A stretch of DNA of 42,380 bases from a virus, in the IMG/VR virus record IMGVR_UViG_3300044946_000428, positions 68,777 to 111,156 of that record; one strand, written 5' to 3'. The notes under the pieces are model-generated. The model was not told where the DNA came from. It worked only from the letters and a program-made list of their open reading frames with translations, and searched no databases. Below are positions 26,536 to 35,161 of this stretch, one piece after another (the first letter of the stretch is position 1; each line of letters begins with the position of its first letter). Made by a program: the position numbers and the translations under genes.

Positions 26536-26934
26536 TCAGTGCGGGATCTGCGATTCGGTCAGGTACTCCTCGTCCAGAGCAACGGCGACGAGCAGGTAAG
26601 GCCGTTCGTCGGCGGCCACCCCGGCAGCGACGCGCTGCGCCCATCCGTCCGGTGCGGCTTCCTCGGCCTTGGCGGCCAGGCGTCTGATGGTTTGGGCGTT
26701 CAGCGATCGGATGTCGGCGCGGATCTCGGCGTCAGGTTCGGACGGTTGCAGCCCGAGACCGGCAGCTTCGAGTCGTTCCGCTGCGGTCATGGCGTTGTAC
26801 CGCTCGAGGAAGCGCGTGATCACGTTGGTGATGGTGGTGCCGTCGCCCTTGGCGTGATCGAGCGCTGGCACCCATACCTCGTCCTTGACGCGCAGGTTGC
26901 GGACTGGGGTGACTCCGGTCGCGGGTCGCGGCAT
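26536..26934 (-). CDS. Ribbon-helix-helix regulator with C-terminal extension
   Basis: MPRPATGVTPVRNLRVKDEVW...A...GTTITNVITRFLERY. Confidence 0.75.
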   Translation of the reverse strand: MPRPATGVTPVRNLRVKDEVWVPALDHAKGDGTTITNVITRFLERYNAMTAAERLEAAGLGLQPSEPDAEIRADIRSLNAQTIRRLAAKAEEAAPDGWAQRVAAGVAADERPYLLVAVALDEEYLTESQIPH

Positions 26935-26951
26935 GCGATCAGTGTCGCACG

Positions 26952-27029
26952 TGTACTTACGAGTTTCCAAGATTCTTTCTCCCTTCGGCTTGAATCTGTA
27001 CTTACACTTACTCTAAGCTGTAAGTACAG
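26952..27029. promoter_or_regulatory. Divergent promoter with TGTACTTAC operators
   Basis: TGTACTTAC at 26952 and 26997, inverted copy TGTAAGTACA at 27020-27029; TTGAAT (26990-26995) then 18 nt then TAAGCT (27014-27019). Confidence 0.75.
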
Positions 27030-27057
27030 AAACGGCAACGCCGCAAGGGAGCCCGAG

Positions 27058-27444
27058 ATGACCGTCATCGCGATCCACCGTCCCGCCCGAACCACCGGCA
27101 TCCTCGAGCCCCTCACCGGCCGCGTCACCGCCTGGCGCCAGCGCCGCACCGAGGCCCGCATGGCCCGCCAGGTCGCCGCCGCGAACACCGGCATCATCAC
27201 CGTCCGCGAGTTCCTCGCCCGCCTCGGCGCCGACGACGCCACAATCCGCGCCGTCGAGTCGCAGTTCGGCAAGAAGGTCGCCAAGGCGTACCGCGAGACC
27301 ACCGGCCACGACCCGGTCAAGTCCGGCCAGGCGATCGTGCGCGGCGAGATCTACGCCGTGTACGGCTACGGCTGGAACCGCCTCGACCTGTTCACCCGCG
27401 TCGCCGCCAACACCCCCGCTGTCGCCGCCCTGATCGGAGCTTGA
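27058..27444 (+). CDS. Hypothetical protein
   Basis: AAGGGAG RBS; GC3 bias. Confidence 0.75.
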   Translation: MTVIAIHRPARTTGILEPLTGRVTAWRQRRTEARMARQVAAANTGIITVREFLARLGADDATIRAVESQFGKKVAKAYRETTGHDPVKSGQAIVRGEIYAVYGYGWNRLDLFTRVAANTPAVAALIGA

Positions 27445-27445
27445 G

Positions 27446-27655
27446 ATGGCCGCCCAATCCGCCTATCGACTCGGTCAGCACGTCCGCTGTGGCGCGCGCA
27501 TCGTCGAGGTGTGCGACTACTCGCCCCGCTACGGCGGCAGCTACACCCTCCGGGGCGTGTGGCCGCCGGATTGCGCGGGCGGCCAGCAGAGGCCGCTCCC
27601 GCCGCCACCGGCCCCGCCGCCGGCTGACCGCCACACCACACCAGGAGCGACATGA
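27446..27655 (+). CDS. Hypothetical protein
   Basis: GGAG RBS; coupled. Confidence 0.45.
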   Translation: MAAQSAYRLGQHVRCGARIVEVCDYSPRYGGSYTLRGVWPPDCAGGQQRPLPPPPAPPPADRHTTPGAT

Positions 27656-28167
27656 ACGACCCCATCCGGACCGCACGGCTCGCCGAGATCCGCGAAGCCG
27701 ACCGGCGCGACTACGCCGACGGCCAGATCATCCGCAGGCGACCACGATCCGCCATCGCACAGCGCCGCGAACTGCTCGCCGAGGTCGACCGGCTCACCGC
27801 CGAACTCGCCGATGTTGAGCTCCGTGCCATGGCAGAGCCCGATGGTCTGCTGCGCGCCATCGCTCGCAGCACCGAAGAACGCGACGAGGCACGTGCGTTC
27901 GCTCGCCGCTTCCGTGCCATGACCCTCGACGGGTTCGACAACCCCACCAGCGCCGCCCGCCAACTCGGCCTCAGGCTGGACGACCTGCCCCCGTGGTTCG
28001 CCACCCCGCCGCTGGGGGCCGCCGCGCCGACCACCGCGTCAGACGACGTCGCCTCGGTCGACGACCTCCCCGGCATGTGGGACCAGTCGGACCTCACCGG
28101 CGGCGAGACGGACGCGGTCGCACAGGACCGTGCCGCCGACCCGACCGCCGCGGGGGACCCGGCATGA
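27652..28167 (+). CDS. Hypothetical protein
   Basis: AGGAG RBS; LLAEVDRL motif common in phage early genes. Confidence 0.7.
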   Translation: MNDPIRTARLAEIREADRRDYADGQIIRRRPRSAIAQRRELLAEVDRLTAELADVELRAMAEPDGLLRAIARSTEERDEARAFARRFRAMTLDGFDNPTSAARQLGLRLDDLPPWFATPPLGAAAPTTASDDVASVDDLPGMWDQSDLTGGETDAVAQDRAADPTAAGDPA

Positions 28168-28790
28168 CACGCGACGCCAAGCTCGATCCCGTCTACGTGG
28201 CCAACCTGACCGAACTGCGCGGCGACGTGGTCCACGGGCTTAAGACCGACGGCACGTTCGCCACGGTCCGGATCCCCGCGCTCGACAACGTGCTGCGCGT
28301 CGTCGACGAACTGCTGCAAGCGCTCGCCGACACGCGCGACGAGAACCAGCGGCTGTTCGTCGACTACAGCACCGAGAAGAGCCGCCGCGAACTGATGGAG
28401 GACGCGTTCAACGAGACGCGTACCGCCCGCGACCGGCTCCGGACCGAGCTCGCCGACACGCGACAGCAGCTCGACGAGGCCACGGCGAAGCTCACCGCCG
28501 CGCTCCGCACCGTCGCCACAGCCGACCAGCTAGCCCTGACCAGCACGCACCTGCAGAACGAGCTCACCGGTGTGCGGGAGCGCTACGAGTGGATGCTCCG
28601 CGACCGCGACCGCTGGCGCGAGGAATACCTGCGTGCCGCCGGGCCGACGCGACCACGCCCCGACGCCACCCTGGCCGCCGACATGTGCCCGCGATGCAAG
28701 GGCGACAACGAGGAGGCGTGGGCGCTCTGCCAGTCGTGCGCGGAGACGAAGCAACAGGGCCACGACACCACCACCAGCGAACAGGACTGA
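28164..28790 (+). CDS. Coiled-coil protein with C-terminal zinc finger
   Basis: Heptad pattern; CPRC...CQSC. Confidence 0.7.
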   Translation: MTRDAKLDPVYVANLTELRGDVVHGLKTDGTFATVRIPALDNVLRVVDELLQALADTRDENQRLFVDYSTEKSRRELMEDAFNETRTARDRLRTELADTRQQLDEATAKLTAALRTVATADQLALTSTHLQNELTGVRERYEWMLRDRDRWREEYLRAAGPTRPRPDATLAADMCPRCKGDNEEAWALCQSCAETKQQGHDTTTSEQD

Positions 28791-28792
28791 CC

Positions 28793-29194
28793 ATGGGCGA
28801 CACCAACCGCTACTCCGGCGCCATCACCATCACGCCGCCGCTCACCGGCGCCGAGATCCGCAAGGCCCCGGACTCCGTGCTCGATGACGTCCGGCTCAAG
28901 GTGCGCGAGACCGCGACTCCGACCGACGACGGCGAGATCGTCGTGCGTACCGCCGACGCGATCGTGCCGACCTGCGATGGGCGCAGCGGGCGAAGCTTCG
29001 CCGAGGATCTGCAACTGCTCGTGGATCACCTGCTCATCGAGTCCCCGGGCCGCGTGTTCGCCGGCTACATCGAGGTGGAGTGGGATCCGGGCTATGGGCT
29101 GACCCCGCCGTCCCGGTATGTGGTGCGTGACGGGCGCGTGGTCGAGGTCAAGGCGCAGATCGTGTGGCCGGATGAGGGCGGCGATCGCGATTAA
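28793..29194 (+). CDS. Hypothetical protein (DUF6205-like)
   Basis: G.ITITPPLT.AEIR...DVRL...F.GYIE...RYVVRDGRVVEV. Confidence 0.65.
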   Translation: MGDTNRYSGAITITPPLTGAEIRKAPDSVLDDVRLKVRETATPTDDGEIVVRTADAIVPTCDGRSGRSFAEDLQLLVDHLLIESPGRVFAGYIEVEWDPGYGLTPPSRYVVRDGRVVEVKAQIVWPDEGGDRD

Positions 29195-29561
29195 CTCCTA
29201 CTTCCACGCCAAGTCGGCCACCCGAAAGTGGGGCGGCACGATCGACGATTTCCTTGCCATCGAGGAGTTCATCGACAGCTCCAAGATGGTGATCGGCGAC
29301 GTGCGGCACCGCTCGCTCTACCACCACACGCTCGGCGTGTTCCTGTGCGAACGGATCTTCGGCAAGACCATCGCCGTGGGCCGCAAGCAGATCCCGGTCC
29401 GCCTGATCGCCGAACGACACATCCTTGAAGATCTCGGCTGGCTCCCCTCGCCGGCCGACTACATCGACGGGATGCCGATCAAAACGTGGATGTCTGGCGC
29501 TCAGCGCAAGGACGTCCCGCTCTCTCACCTTCTTCTCACTGCATCGGAGACCACGCAATGA
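29172..29561 (+). CDS. DUF6915-like protein
   Basis: HAKSATRKWGG..DDFLAIEEFIDSSK...DVRHRSLYHHT.G...CERIFG...VRLIAERHILEDLG; start uncertain. Confidence 0.75.
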   Translation: MRAAIAINSYFHAKSATRKWGGTIDDFLAIEEFIDSSKMVIGDVRHRSLYHHTLGVFLCERIFGKTIAVGRKQIPVRLIAERHILEDLGWLPSPADYIDGMPIKTWMSGAQRKDVPLSHLLLTASETTQ

Positions 29562-30045
29562 CCATGACGTTCCTCGGCATTCCCGTCGAAGGCGACATCA
29601 CCCTGGCCGACAAGCGCACCCCGCAGCGTCCGCTGGAGGAACTCGCGCCGCTCATGCAGGCGGTGTTGGACGACGACGGGATCGCCGCGTTCGGCTGGCG
29701 CCAGTACACGCCGTACTTCAACGACGGCGACGCCTGCATCTTCGGCACCAGCGGCGTCTGGGTGCGCACCGTGGATGACACCTGCGAGGACGGGGACACG
29801 TACGGACTTGAGGTGTCGCGGACGCATCCGTCGCTCGGCAACGAGCGGTGGAACGGTACTGCGGGCCGCTGGGAGACGTACGTGAACGAGCGCAACGACG
29901 CGGCCCGGTACGACCGGTGCGAGGCGCTGTCCTCCGCGATCGAAGGCGGCGCGTCGACGACGTGCTCCTGGAGGCGTTCGGCGACCACGCCGAGATCACC
30001 GTCAGGCGCGACGGGATCTCGGTCGCCACGTACGAGCACGGGTGA
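29558..30045 (+). pseudogene. Conserved phage protein interrupted by a frameshift near 29953
   Basis: GWRQYTPYFNDGDAC N-terminal part; the expected C-terminus DDVLLEAFGDHAEITV is in another frame. Confidence 0.7.
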
Positions 30046-30257
30046 CATCCCGCAACGCTGCGGCGCGCCCGCTGATCAGGTGGGCGCGTTCGCTCGGCTG
30101 CGAGGTGACGCGGACGCGCAAGCAGCACTGGCAGATCGCCTATCAGGGCCGCGTCATCTGCGTGGTGTCTGGCACGCCGTCGAGGCCGAGTTCGATGAAG
30201 AACGCTAAGGCGCAGATCAGCCGAGGCGTCAACAAACTGACAGAGAAGGAGGCCTGA
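30042..30257 (+). CDS. Small basic protein (possible HicA-like fold)
   Basis: [22 protein letters not shown]...SGTPS. Confidence 0.55.
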   Translation: MTSRNAAARPLIRWARSLGCEVTRTRKQHWQIAYQGRVICVVSGTPSRPSSMKNAKAQISRGVNKLTEKEA

Positions 30258-30259
30258 CC

Positions 30260-30784
30260 ATGGCCGGAGAGACGCTCGTAACGATCATCGGGACGCTGGT
30301 GGCGGACCCGGAGTTGAGGTGGACGCAGAGCGGCGTGGCGGTCGCCAGCTTCCGGATCGCTTCGACGCCACGCAACTACAACAAGGACACCAGCAAGTTC
30401 GAGGACGGTGAAAGCCTCTTCATGTCGTGCTCGGTCTGGCGGCAGTACGCGGAGAACGTGGCCGAGTCGCTGACCAAGGGCATGCAGGTGATGGTGCAGG
30501 GCCGGCTGAAGCAGCGGTCGTACGAGAAGGACGGCCAGCAGCGCACGGTGATCGAGCTCGACGTGGAGGACGTGGGCCCGACGCTGCGGTTCGCGACGGC
30601 GAAGGTCACCAAGTCGCAGCGTGGCGGTGGGAACGGCGGCGGCTCGAGCAACTCGGCCGGTTCCGGTGGCGACTGGGGTTCGGGCTCCGGTGGCGTGCAG
30701 CGGTCCGGCGGCCAGCAGCCCCGGGCGACAGAGGCTGACCCGTGGGCGACCGGCGGCGGCTACTCGGATCAGCCTCCGTTCTGA
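30260..30784 (+). CDS. ssb: Single-stranded DNA-binding protein
   Basis: MAGET..TIIG.L.ADPELR.T.SG.AVA.F..ASTPR; Gly-rich linker; DQPPF tail. Confidence 0.97.
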   Translation: MAGETLVTIIGTLVADPELRWTQSGVAVASFRIASTPRNYNKDTSKFEDGESLFMSCSVWRQYAENVAESLTKGMQVMVQGRLKQRSYEKDGQQRTVIELDVEDVGPTLRFATAKVTKSQRGGGNGGGSSNSAGSGGDWGSGSGGVQRSGGQQPRATEADPWATGGGYSDQPPF

Positions 30785-30840
30785 TCAGACGTTTCCGCCC
30801 GGCCGGGGCCTGCGGGCTCCGGCCATCCCGAAGGAGATCC

Positions 30841-31044
30841 ATGGACACCGCACCAAGCCTGCCCGACGATGTCCGCGAGTTCATCGAGAAGATCCCCGGC
30901 CGATTCGGCTGGTCCTTCCCACGCGATCAGCGGACGTACGAGGTTGTCGCTGCCCAGATGCTCGAGCGCGGCGTCTCGACCGAAATGCTCTTCGCTTGGC
31001 TCGGGGCGCTCTACCTTGCCGCGACGAACGAACGCAGAGGCTGA
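30841..31044 (+). CDS. Hypothetical protein
   Basis: GAAGGAG RBS. Confidence 0.6.
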   Translation: MDTAPSLPDDVREFIEKIPGRFGWSFPRDQRTYEVVAAQMLERGVSTEMLFAWLGALYLAATNERRG

Positions 31045-31046
31045 CG

Positions 31047-31514
31047 ATGAACGACACCACTATCTACGCCGAGCGGCGCATCCGCACCCTGCTCGCCCGG
31101 CTCGACCCCGGCACGTACAACCTCGGCGATGAGATCGCGTACGACAAGGCGTTCCGGTCCGAGGAGTGGCCGCGCAACTCCTACGCCCTCAGCCGGCCCG
31201 ACATGGAGGCGGTGCTCGCGCTGCTCGACCATGCCCGGTCGCTGCGCCTGGCGTCCCCCTACATGGCCGTCGATCCGGCCGTGCACACCCCGGAGCGTGT
31301 CGCCGCGTACCTGACGGCGCGCGGCTGGCGGCAGCGGGAGGCGGAGCCGGGGTTCTGGGACCTCGGCGGCCTGGAGACCGTGCTCGTGCACCGCGTGGCC
31401 ACGGCGTCCGACTACGCGGGCCGTACGGGGCTGCTGGCGTCGGATCTCGCGTCGATCTACAAGACCGGCGAGCTGCAGATCCTCGCGGACATCGCGGAGG
31501 CTGGCAATGGCTGA
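31047..31514 (+). CDS. Hypothetical protein
   Basis: GAGG RBS; GC3 bias. Confidence 0.7.
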   Translation: MNDTTIYAERRIRTLLARLDPGTYNLGDEIAYDKAFRSEEWPRNSYALSRPDMEAVLALLDHARSLRLASPYMAVDPAVHTPERVAAYLTARGWRQREAEPGFWDLGGLETVLVHRVATASDYAGRTGLLASDLASIYKTGELQILADIAEAGNG

Positions 31515-31716
31515 CGCCGTGGATGCCGCCCTGGATCGTCTCAACCGCGGCCTGGCCGAGGCCGGGATGCCGACCGCGACACTCACCGTCACGGGCCGGG
31601 TGCTGTTCGGCCGACCTGAGGCGGTGGTGCGGCTCGTACATACAGACGACCCCGACACGGCGTACGGGGAGATCCGGATCCCGCTCTCGATCATGCAGGA
31701 GGCTGCTCATGCTTGA
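31507..31716 (+). CDS. Hypothetical protein
   Basis: GGAGG RBS; coupled. Confidence 0.6.
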   Translation: MADAVDAALDRLNRGLAEAGMPTATLTVTGRVLFGRPEAVVRLVHTDDPDTAYGEIRIPLSIMQEAAHA

Positions 31717-31969
31717 GGGCGCCCTGATCCTGCTCGTCGGCATCGTCGTCGGCCGGTTCATGCCGGGCCGGCGGCGCAAGCCGAAACCGCCCGCGCCGGT
31801 CAAGCCGATCTGCGGCTGCGGACACCATCGCAGCTTCCACGAGAACGGCGGCGCCTGCAAAGAACGGGTGTACGTCGGCTACATCGAGGGCCATAAGCCG
31901 TGCACGTGCCGTCACTACGTCGGGCCTGAGCCGATGACCGAGCTGTACGCCCCCGAGATCGCGAGCTGA
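31709..31969 (+). CDS. Membrane-anchored Cys/His protein
   Basis: AGGAGG RBS; TM helix followed by CGCGHH...C...CTCRHYVGP. Confidence 0.7.
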   Translation: MLEGALILLVGIVVGRFMPGRRRKPKPPAPVKPICGCGHHRSFHENGGACKERVYVGYIEGHKPCTCRHYVGPEPMTELYAPEIAS

Positions 31970-31978
31970 AGGAGACTC

Positions 31979-32437
31979 ATGCCGTTCATTCACAACCGCA
32001 CGCGGAAAGCCATCAAGCGCGACTACGAGGACGCCGCGCACGCGTTCGCGCTCTCCCCCATCCTGCTCGCCGCCCTGTTCCTCGTCGCGGCCCTGATCGC
32101 GGTCGGGATCTGGCTGTGGACCGCGTCGTCCGGCGCCCGCGGCAACGCGTCGGTGACCCGGCAGCACAACTCCGGGCAGAACCAGGTCGCGCAGAACACG
32201 AAGCTGCTCGGCGACCAGGCCACCGTGCTCTCCGACCAGCAGAAGATCCAGTCCCTGGCCGGGGGTGTCGTGACCGAGCAGGACCGCATGGACCTGTCCG
32301 GGCTCGAGCTCAACTGCCAGTCCGACGTCGCCGCGTACAACGCCGACGTCCGCAACATCCTCGCCTCGGGCTACCTGCCCGCCGGCCTGCCCTCGTCGTA
32401 CCCGGCGGCGGCGTGCGACGCCCCCACCTCGAAGTAG
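31979..32437 (+). CDS. Membrane-anchored exported protein
   Basis: AAGGAG RBS; single TM helix; C..DVAAYNA...LP...C. Confidence 0.75.
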   Translation: MPFIHNRTRKAIKRDYEDAAHAFALSPILLAALFLVAALIAVGIWLWTASSGARGNASVTRQHNSGQNQVAQNTKLLGDQATVLSDQQKIQSLAGGVVTEQDRMDLSGLELNCQSDVAAYNADVRNILASGYLPAGLPSSYPAAACDAPTSK

Positions 32438-32444
32438 GAGAGTC

Positions 32445-33047
32445 ATGAAGAACCTCAAGTCCAGCCACCTGCGGCGTGTCCGTGTCGGCATCTCCAGCGG
32501 CGTCCTGGTCGTCGTGGCGGGCCTCGCGCTCGCCGCGTGCACCGGGAGCAGCGGCGGCTCGCAGTCCGCGGTCAACGCGTCCGACACGACGGCGCAGCAG
32601 GAGTACAACGAGTTCACTGCGGCGGTCCCGTACCCGTACGCGAACGCGGCGCCGTCGAACCCGCTGGAGCGGGAGAACCTGGCGAAGCGGCTCAAGGCCT
32701 ATGACAGCTCCGGCGACACGAACTACATGTACATCATGACCTTCAGCGGCCAGGTGATCGGCTACTACGTCATCGACGGCAAGGTGTCGTCCACCGGCTC
32801 CGAGATGACGTCCACGCAGCAGGTCACGAACTGCGGCACCGGGAACAACGGCGGCGGCGGCGGTTGCTCCGTCACCGACGCGATCGGCGACGACGGGTCG
32901 TACGGCCCGGAGGAGGGCGGTTCGTTCGGCGTGTTCGCATTCACCTCGACTGGCGCTTTGATCGAAACCGACAGCCCGTTCCTCGTTTCCTCGCAGCCGA
33001 TTGCCCTCTACGCCAAGGTTCCCCAACTCGACGCACCGGCCAATTAG
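32445..33047 (+). CDS. Lipoprotein
   Basis: Lipobox LALAAC; YMYIMTFSG..IGYYVIDGKVSS...DDGSYG..E...F.FT. Confidence 0.8.
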   Translation: MKNLKSSHLRRVRVGISSGVLVVVAGLALAACTGSSGGSQSAVNASDTTAQQEYNEFTAAVPYPYANAAPSNPLERENLAKRLKAYDSSGDTNYMYIMTFSGQVIGYYVIDGKVSSTGSEMTSTQQVTNCGTGNNGGGGGCSVTDAIGDDGSYGPEEGGSFGVFAFTSTGALIETDSPFLVSSQPIALYAKVPQLDAPAN

Positions 33048-33066
33048 CTTCGGGATTGGATTGACG

Positions 33067-33939
33067 ATGCCAGCGCACAGAACACTCAGCGCCGAGGCCG
33101 GACAGCGGTTCGGCCGGGGCACTGTCATCGACGCCGAGGTTGGTGTCGGCCGGTTGGGCCGACACCGCGGCGCCCGCCTCCGATGCGATTGCGGGAACGA
33201 ATACACCGCAGCAATCAAGTATCTGCACAACGGCGACACCCAGTCGTGTGGTTGCCTGCGCATGGAGTTGTGCGCCGTCAAGGTCGAGGCCGGCGACGCC
33301 TACGAGCGCCTTACCTTCACGGGCAGTGCACACTACGAGAGGCGGTTCTGGGTTCTCGAGTGCACCTGCACCTGTGGGCGCAGCGTTGCCGTGCGGTCCG
33401 ACCGGTGGGGCGTCACCAGCCGATGCTTTCTCTGCCTCGTGGCCTTTCGGTCTGCAAGGAACACGACGCACGGGCTCTCTCAAACCGGGGCCTACTCGTC
33501 GTGGTGGTCGATGATCGATCGCTGCACGAACCCGCGGGCCAGTGGCTGGGAGAACTATGGCGGACGCGGGATAGCCGTGTGCGACCGCTGGTTCGACGTC
33601 CGAAACTTCGTGGCCGACATGGGGTCGCGGCCCGAAGGCACGACGATCGACCGAATCGATAACGACAAGGGCTACTTTCCGGACAACTGCCGCTGGGCCA
33701 CGCCTGCGCAGCAGGCCGCGAATCGGCGTGCGCCAAGGCGGAGCGGGATGTGTCGCAAGGGGCTGCATCCGATGATCCCAGAGAACCTCTATATCAACCC
33801 GACCTCCGGGGCAGCGACATGCAAGGCGTGCGCGAAGAAACGCGCGAGCGATCGGTACCTTCGGTTGAAGGAACGCTCGTCGGCGCCGGTCGAGCTCTAC
33901 GCGAACGTTCCCCAGCTCGACGCACCGGCTTCAAAGTAG
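33067..33939 (+). CDS. HNH-type homing endonuclease with CxCG repeats and C-terminal zinc finger
   Basis: RCDCGN...TQSCGC; THGLS.T..Y.SW.SMIDRC.NP...YGGRGIAVCDRW...F..DMG.RP.GTTIDRIDNDKGY.PDNCRWAT..QQ..N; CRKGLH...CKAC. Confidence 0.9.
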   Translation: MPAHRTLSAEAGQRFGRGTVIDAEVGVGRLGRHRGARLRCDCGNEYTAAIKYLHNGDTQSCGCLRMELCAVKVEAGDAYERLTFTGSAHYERRFWVLECTCTCGRSVAVRSDRWGVTSRCFLCLVAFRSARNTTHGLSQTGAYSSWWSMIDRCTNPRASGWENYGGRGIAVCDRWFDVRNFVADMGSRPEGTTIDRIDNDKGYFPDNCRWATPAQQAANRRAPRRSGMCRKGLHPMIPENLYINPTSGAATCKACAKKRASDRYLRLKERSSAPVELYANVPQLDAPASK

Positions 33940-34113
33940 CGGCGCCTGAAAACGGTGCCGCCCCGGGCTGTCTGCGGACCGGGGCGGCGACCCGCGAGGA
34001 GTCAGCGGGTTCGGGGTGGCGGCCCGATCGGGGGAGTCCGGGCCGCCGGTTCCAGGGTAGCGAGTTCGCAGCGATTCCGACGCGAAACCGGGGATCTGCG
34101 GTACACCTATGGC

Positions 34114-34368
34114 GTGGAGAACGAGCTGTCGCCGGACCTCGCGTGGAGCCTCGCCTCGGCCTACCTTGATCGGAAGAGTATTCACACCGACCTCTGCCGG
34201 GCGACGGACGGATGCGGCGTCCCCACGCTGCTCACGGAACTTGTCGAGTTGCTCATCCCCGGGTTCGTCGAGTACGCGGAGCGGCACGGCCTCGAGGACA
34301 AGCCGTTCTGGGCGCCGGATCACCCGGAGGCGCTGGCGGGGCGTATGAAGGCCGGGACCGCGCCGTGA
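34114..34368 (+). CDS. Hypothetical protein (start uncertain)
   Basis: The 3' part of ORF 33955-34368 has a protein-like composition. Confidence 0.4.
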   Translation: MENELSPDLAWSLASAYLDRKSIHTDLCRATDGCGVPTLLTELVELLIPGFVEYAERHGLEDKPFWAPDHPEALAGRMKAGTAP

Positions 34369-34565
34369 GCGTCTCCCCGGGCACGATCTGGCGCCCGACT
34401 GCGGGCCGGGCCGGCACGGTCGTGGTCCGCTCCGTGACGGGCACCGTGGCGACCGTGGTGCCGTGGCCTCAGCGGGGACGGCCGAAGCTGACGCCGCGCC
34501 GGGTGCCGCTCACCGCGAACGGCGCCGGGCTCGTCGGGTACACGGCGACCGGGCAGCGCGGGTAA
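34365..34565 (+). CDS. Hypothetical protein
   Basis: GTGA overlap. Confidence 0.45.
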   Translation: MSVSPGTIWRPTAGRAGTVVVRSVTGTVATVVPWPQRGRPKLTPRRVPLTANGAGLVGYTATGQRG

Positions 34566-34614
34566 CGCCCAAACGATTCGCACGTTGAGCCACGGATCGG
34601 CTACCGTGGCGTCA

Positions 34615-34688
34615 GGCCCGGGTGCGAATGGGATCGGCTACTTCTTTCTTGCAGAAATCACGCCGAACCCGACTCCGATCTCCGGGCC
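34615..34688 (+). ncRNA. Y RNA-like ncRNA 1 (short)
   Basis: Terminal stem GGCCCGGG/TCCGGGCC; GGTGCGA...TACTTC...GATCTC motifs shared with the next three units; upstream of TROVE. Confidence 0.7.
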
Positions 34689-34696
34689 GCAAGTTT

Positions 34697-34838
34697 GACC
34701 TCGCTGGGTGTGCAGGCAACGGTTCCTTCCTCCTGTTAAGAGGCTGATGTCGGTTCGAGTCCGGCCCAGACCTTCGGGTCCGGTAGCTCAATGGCAGAGC
34801 AGCTGTGCACCGTGGCCGTCTTGATCTCCGGCGGGGTC
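34697..34838 (+). ncRNA. Y RNA (YrlA-like, tRNA-like domain) 2
   Basis: Terminal stem GACCTCGCTGG/CCGGCGGGGTC; GGTGTGCAG...CTTGATCTC; T arm GTCGG-TTCGAGT-CCGGC precedes D arm TAGCTCAATGGCAGAGC. Confidence 0.88.
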
Positions 34839-34865
34839 ACTAGAGTTCGACAACTGAATACCGCA

Positions 34866-34966
34866 CCTCCCGGTGCGATGACCGCCGTTACTTCGGTTCA
34901 GAGCTCTCCCATGGAGGGCTGCGGTTTCAACACCGCTACACGGCAGTCGCCCTTGATCTCGGGAGG
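34866..34966 (+). ncRNA. Y RNA-like ncRNA 3
   Basis: Terminal stem CCTCCCG/CGGGAGG; GGTGCGA...TACTTC...CTTGATCTC; two internal hairpins. Confidence 0.75.
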
Positions 34967-34976
34967 GACTGCATCG

Positions 34977-35124
34977 GGTCGCGCCCGGTGTGCAGGTAAC
35001 GGGTACTTCCCTTTGGAGGACGTGGTCGCGGGTTCGAGTCCCGCTCGGCTGCCTACGTGCGGCCGGTAGCTCAGCGGATAGAGCGCGTATGTTCCCCGTC
35101 GCCGTCTTGATCTCGGGCGCGACC
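34977..35124 (+). ncRNA. Y RNA (YrlA-like, tRNA-like domain) 4
   Basis: Terminal stem GGTCGCGCCCG/CGGGCGCGACC; GGTGTGCAG...CTTGATCTC; T arm GCGGG-TTCGAGT-CCCGC precedes D arm TAGCTCAGCGGATAGAGC. Confidence 0.88.
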
Positions 35125-35161
35125 GCTTGCCGCTCCTCCTTCCTTCTCGTGGGAGTTGAGC

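Noticed and set aside
34697-35124. Canonical tRNA genes
   Set aside because: The T arm precedes the D arm and the acceptor stem is closed by a loop, which fits Y RNA/YrlA topology.
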